Shown: piece after piece, positions 62,376-64,000 of the stretch
How positions within the stretch are numbered: the first letter of the stretch is position 1
How the letters are laid out: every line of letters begins with the position of its first letter
Origin: Geosiphon pyriformis uo1
Taxonomy: Eukaryota > Fungi > Glomeromycota
Assembly: GCA_016748015.1 (NCBI GenBank)
Contig: JAAOMT010000273.1
Location: 118,375 to 182,374 of the forward strand
Length of the DNA: 64,000 nt
Reading direction: 5' to 3'
Translations under genes and position numbers: made by a program
Notes under the pieces: generated by a model
What the model was told of the DNA's origin: nothing
The model's input: only the letters and a program-made list of their open reading frames with translations
The model's database searches: none

Positions 62376-64000
62376 TGTTATAAATGATTATTTGGGATCT
62401 CAAAGCAAATAACAAATCCGTAACTTGGTGCTCAATATTTTGATAATACTGGTAATACTGGTACATGAATTGTATCTGAAGGTTTTAGAGTTAAGTCCTT
62501 TATATAATGGACAGAGATTCAATGACAATATGGTTGGTGAGTTGTTTTTTCAATTTCTGTCTTCAGCATGATGGCCAGTTTAATCTGGCAGTCATGTCCT
62601 TCTGGTAAGTTATCTGTTAATATATATATGATTCTACCCTTATTTCTGGGTCTTTTATCAAACTATTCATAATGTCAATAATTCAGTGCTTTAATCCTTA
62701 ATCAATTAGTATGTAACAATAAAATCAAAGAAAAGAAAATAAAAGAAATAAAAAAATGAACCAAGACAATACACAAGTTAGTATTTTGTCAATAGCTGTG
62801 ATTAAGAGCTATTGTTCTAGTATGGTTAAGTATTAATTACTATCAACATAAAGTGTTGATAGTGAAGAGTAGAATTGAAATAAAAAATAATTATTTATTT
62901 GATATTTGTGAATTGGAAGATTGTTTAAACAAAATCTAAACTGAGAAATCTGTCCTTTCTACTTCTAATGCTACTATTATATATACATAATTTGGGTTTT
63001 ACAAGATTGCTCATATTCTCGAGCGATGTGCTATAATTTCTCAAGCAATGCTCATATTGCTGAGTATTGTGCCATAATTTCTGATATTGCTTCACATTGC
63101 TGAGCAATGTGCTGTGATTTTTGATATTGCTTCACATTGCTAAGCAATGTGCTTACATGCTAACTACTATTCTCTTATTGGTTTATTATTTTTTCTATAT
63201 CTGTTTTCTTTTTATGAATAACATTATCTCCTTTTTTTTAATATTGAGCTCCATTGAAATCTTTGTTTTGAATTAATTTTAATATTTTTTTTTCAAGTAT
63301 TGTTTGTTTGACTTTGTTTCTCACGTCTTCCACTTGTGTATTGTTCATTTTTTCTTATTGGTTAATGATTATGGTTTCCATATCAAAGTGTAACAGTATT
63401 TCTGGATAGTTCTGAAATATGTTGTAAATGGGAATTTTGATATTTTTGGGGCTTTTGGCTAATATATAGAGATTAATGAGTCTAATCTCTCCTGATTTAC
63501 AGATAGTGGCTTCTACTTTGAACAATTGGGCTTGATCTTTTACTTCTCTTTTTATAGCTAATATATACTGGTTATATGGTAGAATGAAAATTAATTGACG
63601 GGTTGAGATAATTTCTCCTTTTCCAATAACTTCTTCCTCTGCTATATTAACTGGTATGTCTATTCTACCTGTGGATCCAAATCTCTGTATCCTTTTTGTT
63701 GTTATTCCTAATTCTTCTGTTTCTCACTAATATTAATTTAGCTACTTTAACCAGAGGTAGAAATATTGCCTGTGCTATCTTTTCATTTGGATCTATAATA
63801 TATGCTTTTTTTGAATCATTTTGTAGCATAGCAATAATATTTTCTATATATCCTGCGTTAATTATTCCTTCTCTGATGTTGATTTTTTTTTTGCTAGGCT
63901 ACTCCTAAATGCTAATTGAACCATAGTTGTTGCTGAAATTTCCAGTGCTATTTTGAAATCAATACTGGTGCACAAATAGGGTTCCAATTTGATGACATCT
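62376..64000 (-). mobile_element. Family-B element B3: 3' LTR 62376-63223, PPT, ORF3 end, internal deletion, dUTPase region; runs off the window
   Basis: R/U5 homologous to the other B LTRs; GGAGCTCAA motif at ~63245; 63426-64000 aligns to 17270-17830. Confidence 0.85.

Overview
AT-rich eukaryotic (fungal) DNA. The intron style, the host genes and the transposon families suggest Glomeromycotina/Mucoromycota, possibly Geosiphon-like; this is recognition from memory, not a database result. Roughly 85% of the window is decayed retrotransposon, surrounding a two-gene island: UBC8/UBE2H (45020-45978, 6 exons) and a Zds1-like gene (46779-49935, 2 exons). Positions ~1-44 kb form a resolvable nest. 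A minus-strand LINE contains Ty3/gypsy element B2 (3766-40006). B2 contains element C (23975-33899) and element B1 (4856-22729). B1's 3' LTR contains element A (4925-12781). Every LTR insertion with both flanks visible has a 4-bp TSD. Positions 52-62 kb hold two head-to-tail LINEs (the first with APE-RT-RNase H), the second cut by another family-B LTR element. The three gypsy families share an unusual architecture. They have an ATG-depleted leader with an N-terminally extended Gag (GUG start in B and C, weak AUG in A), a Cys-rich insert after the protease, a dUTPase plus a degenerate dUTPase-like domain (B and C), a stop between RNase H and integrase, an extra non-env ORF3, and a conserved hairpin motif before the PPT. 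All TE copies are riddled with C>T/G>A stops and appear inactive.
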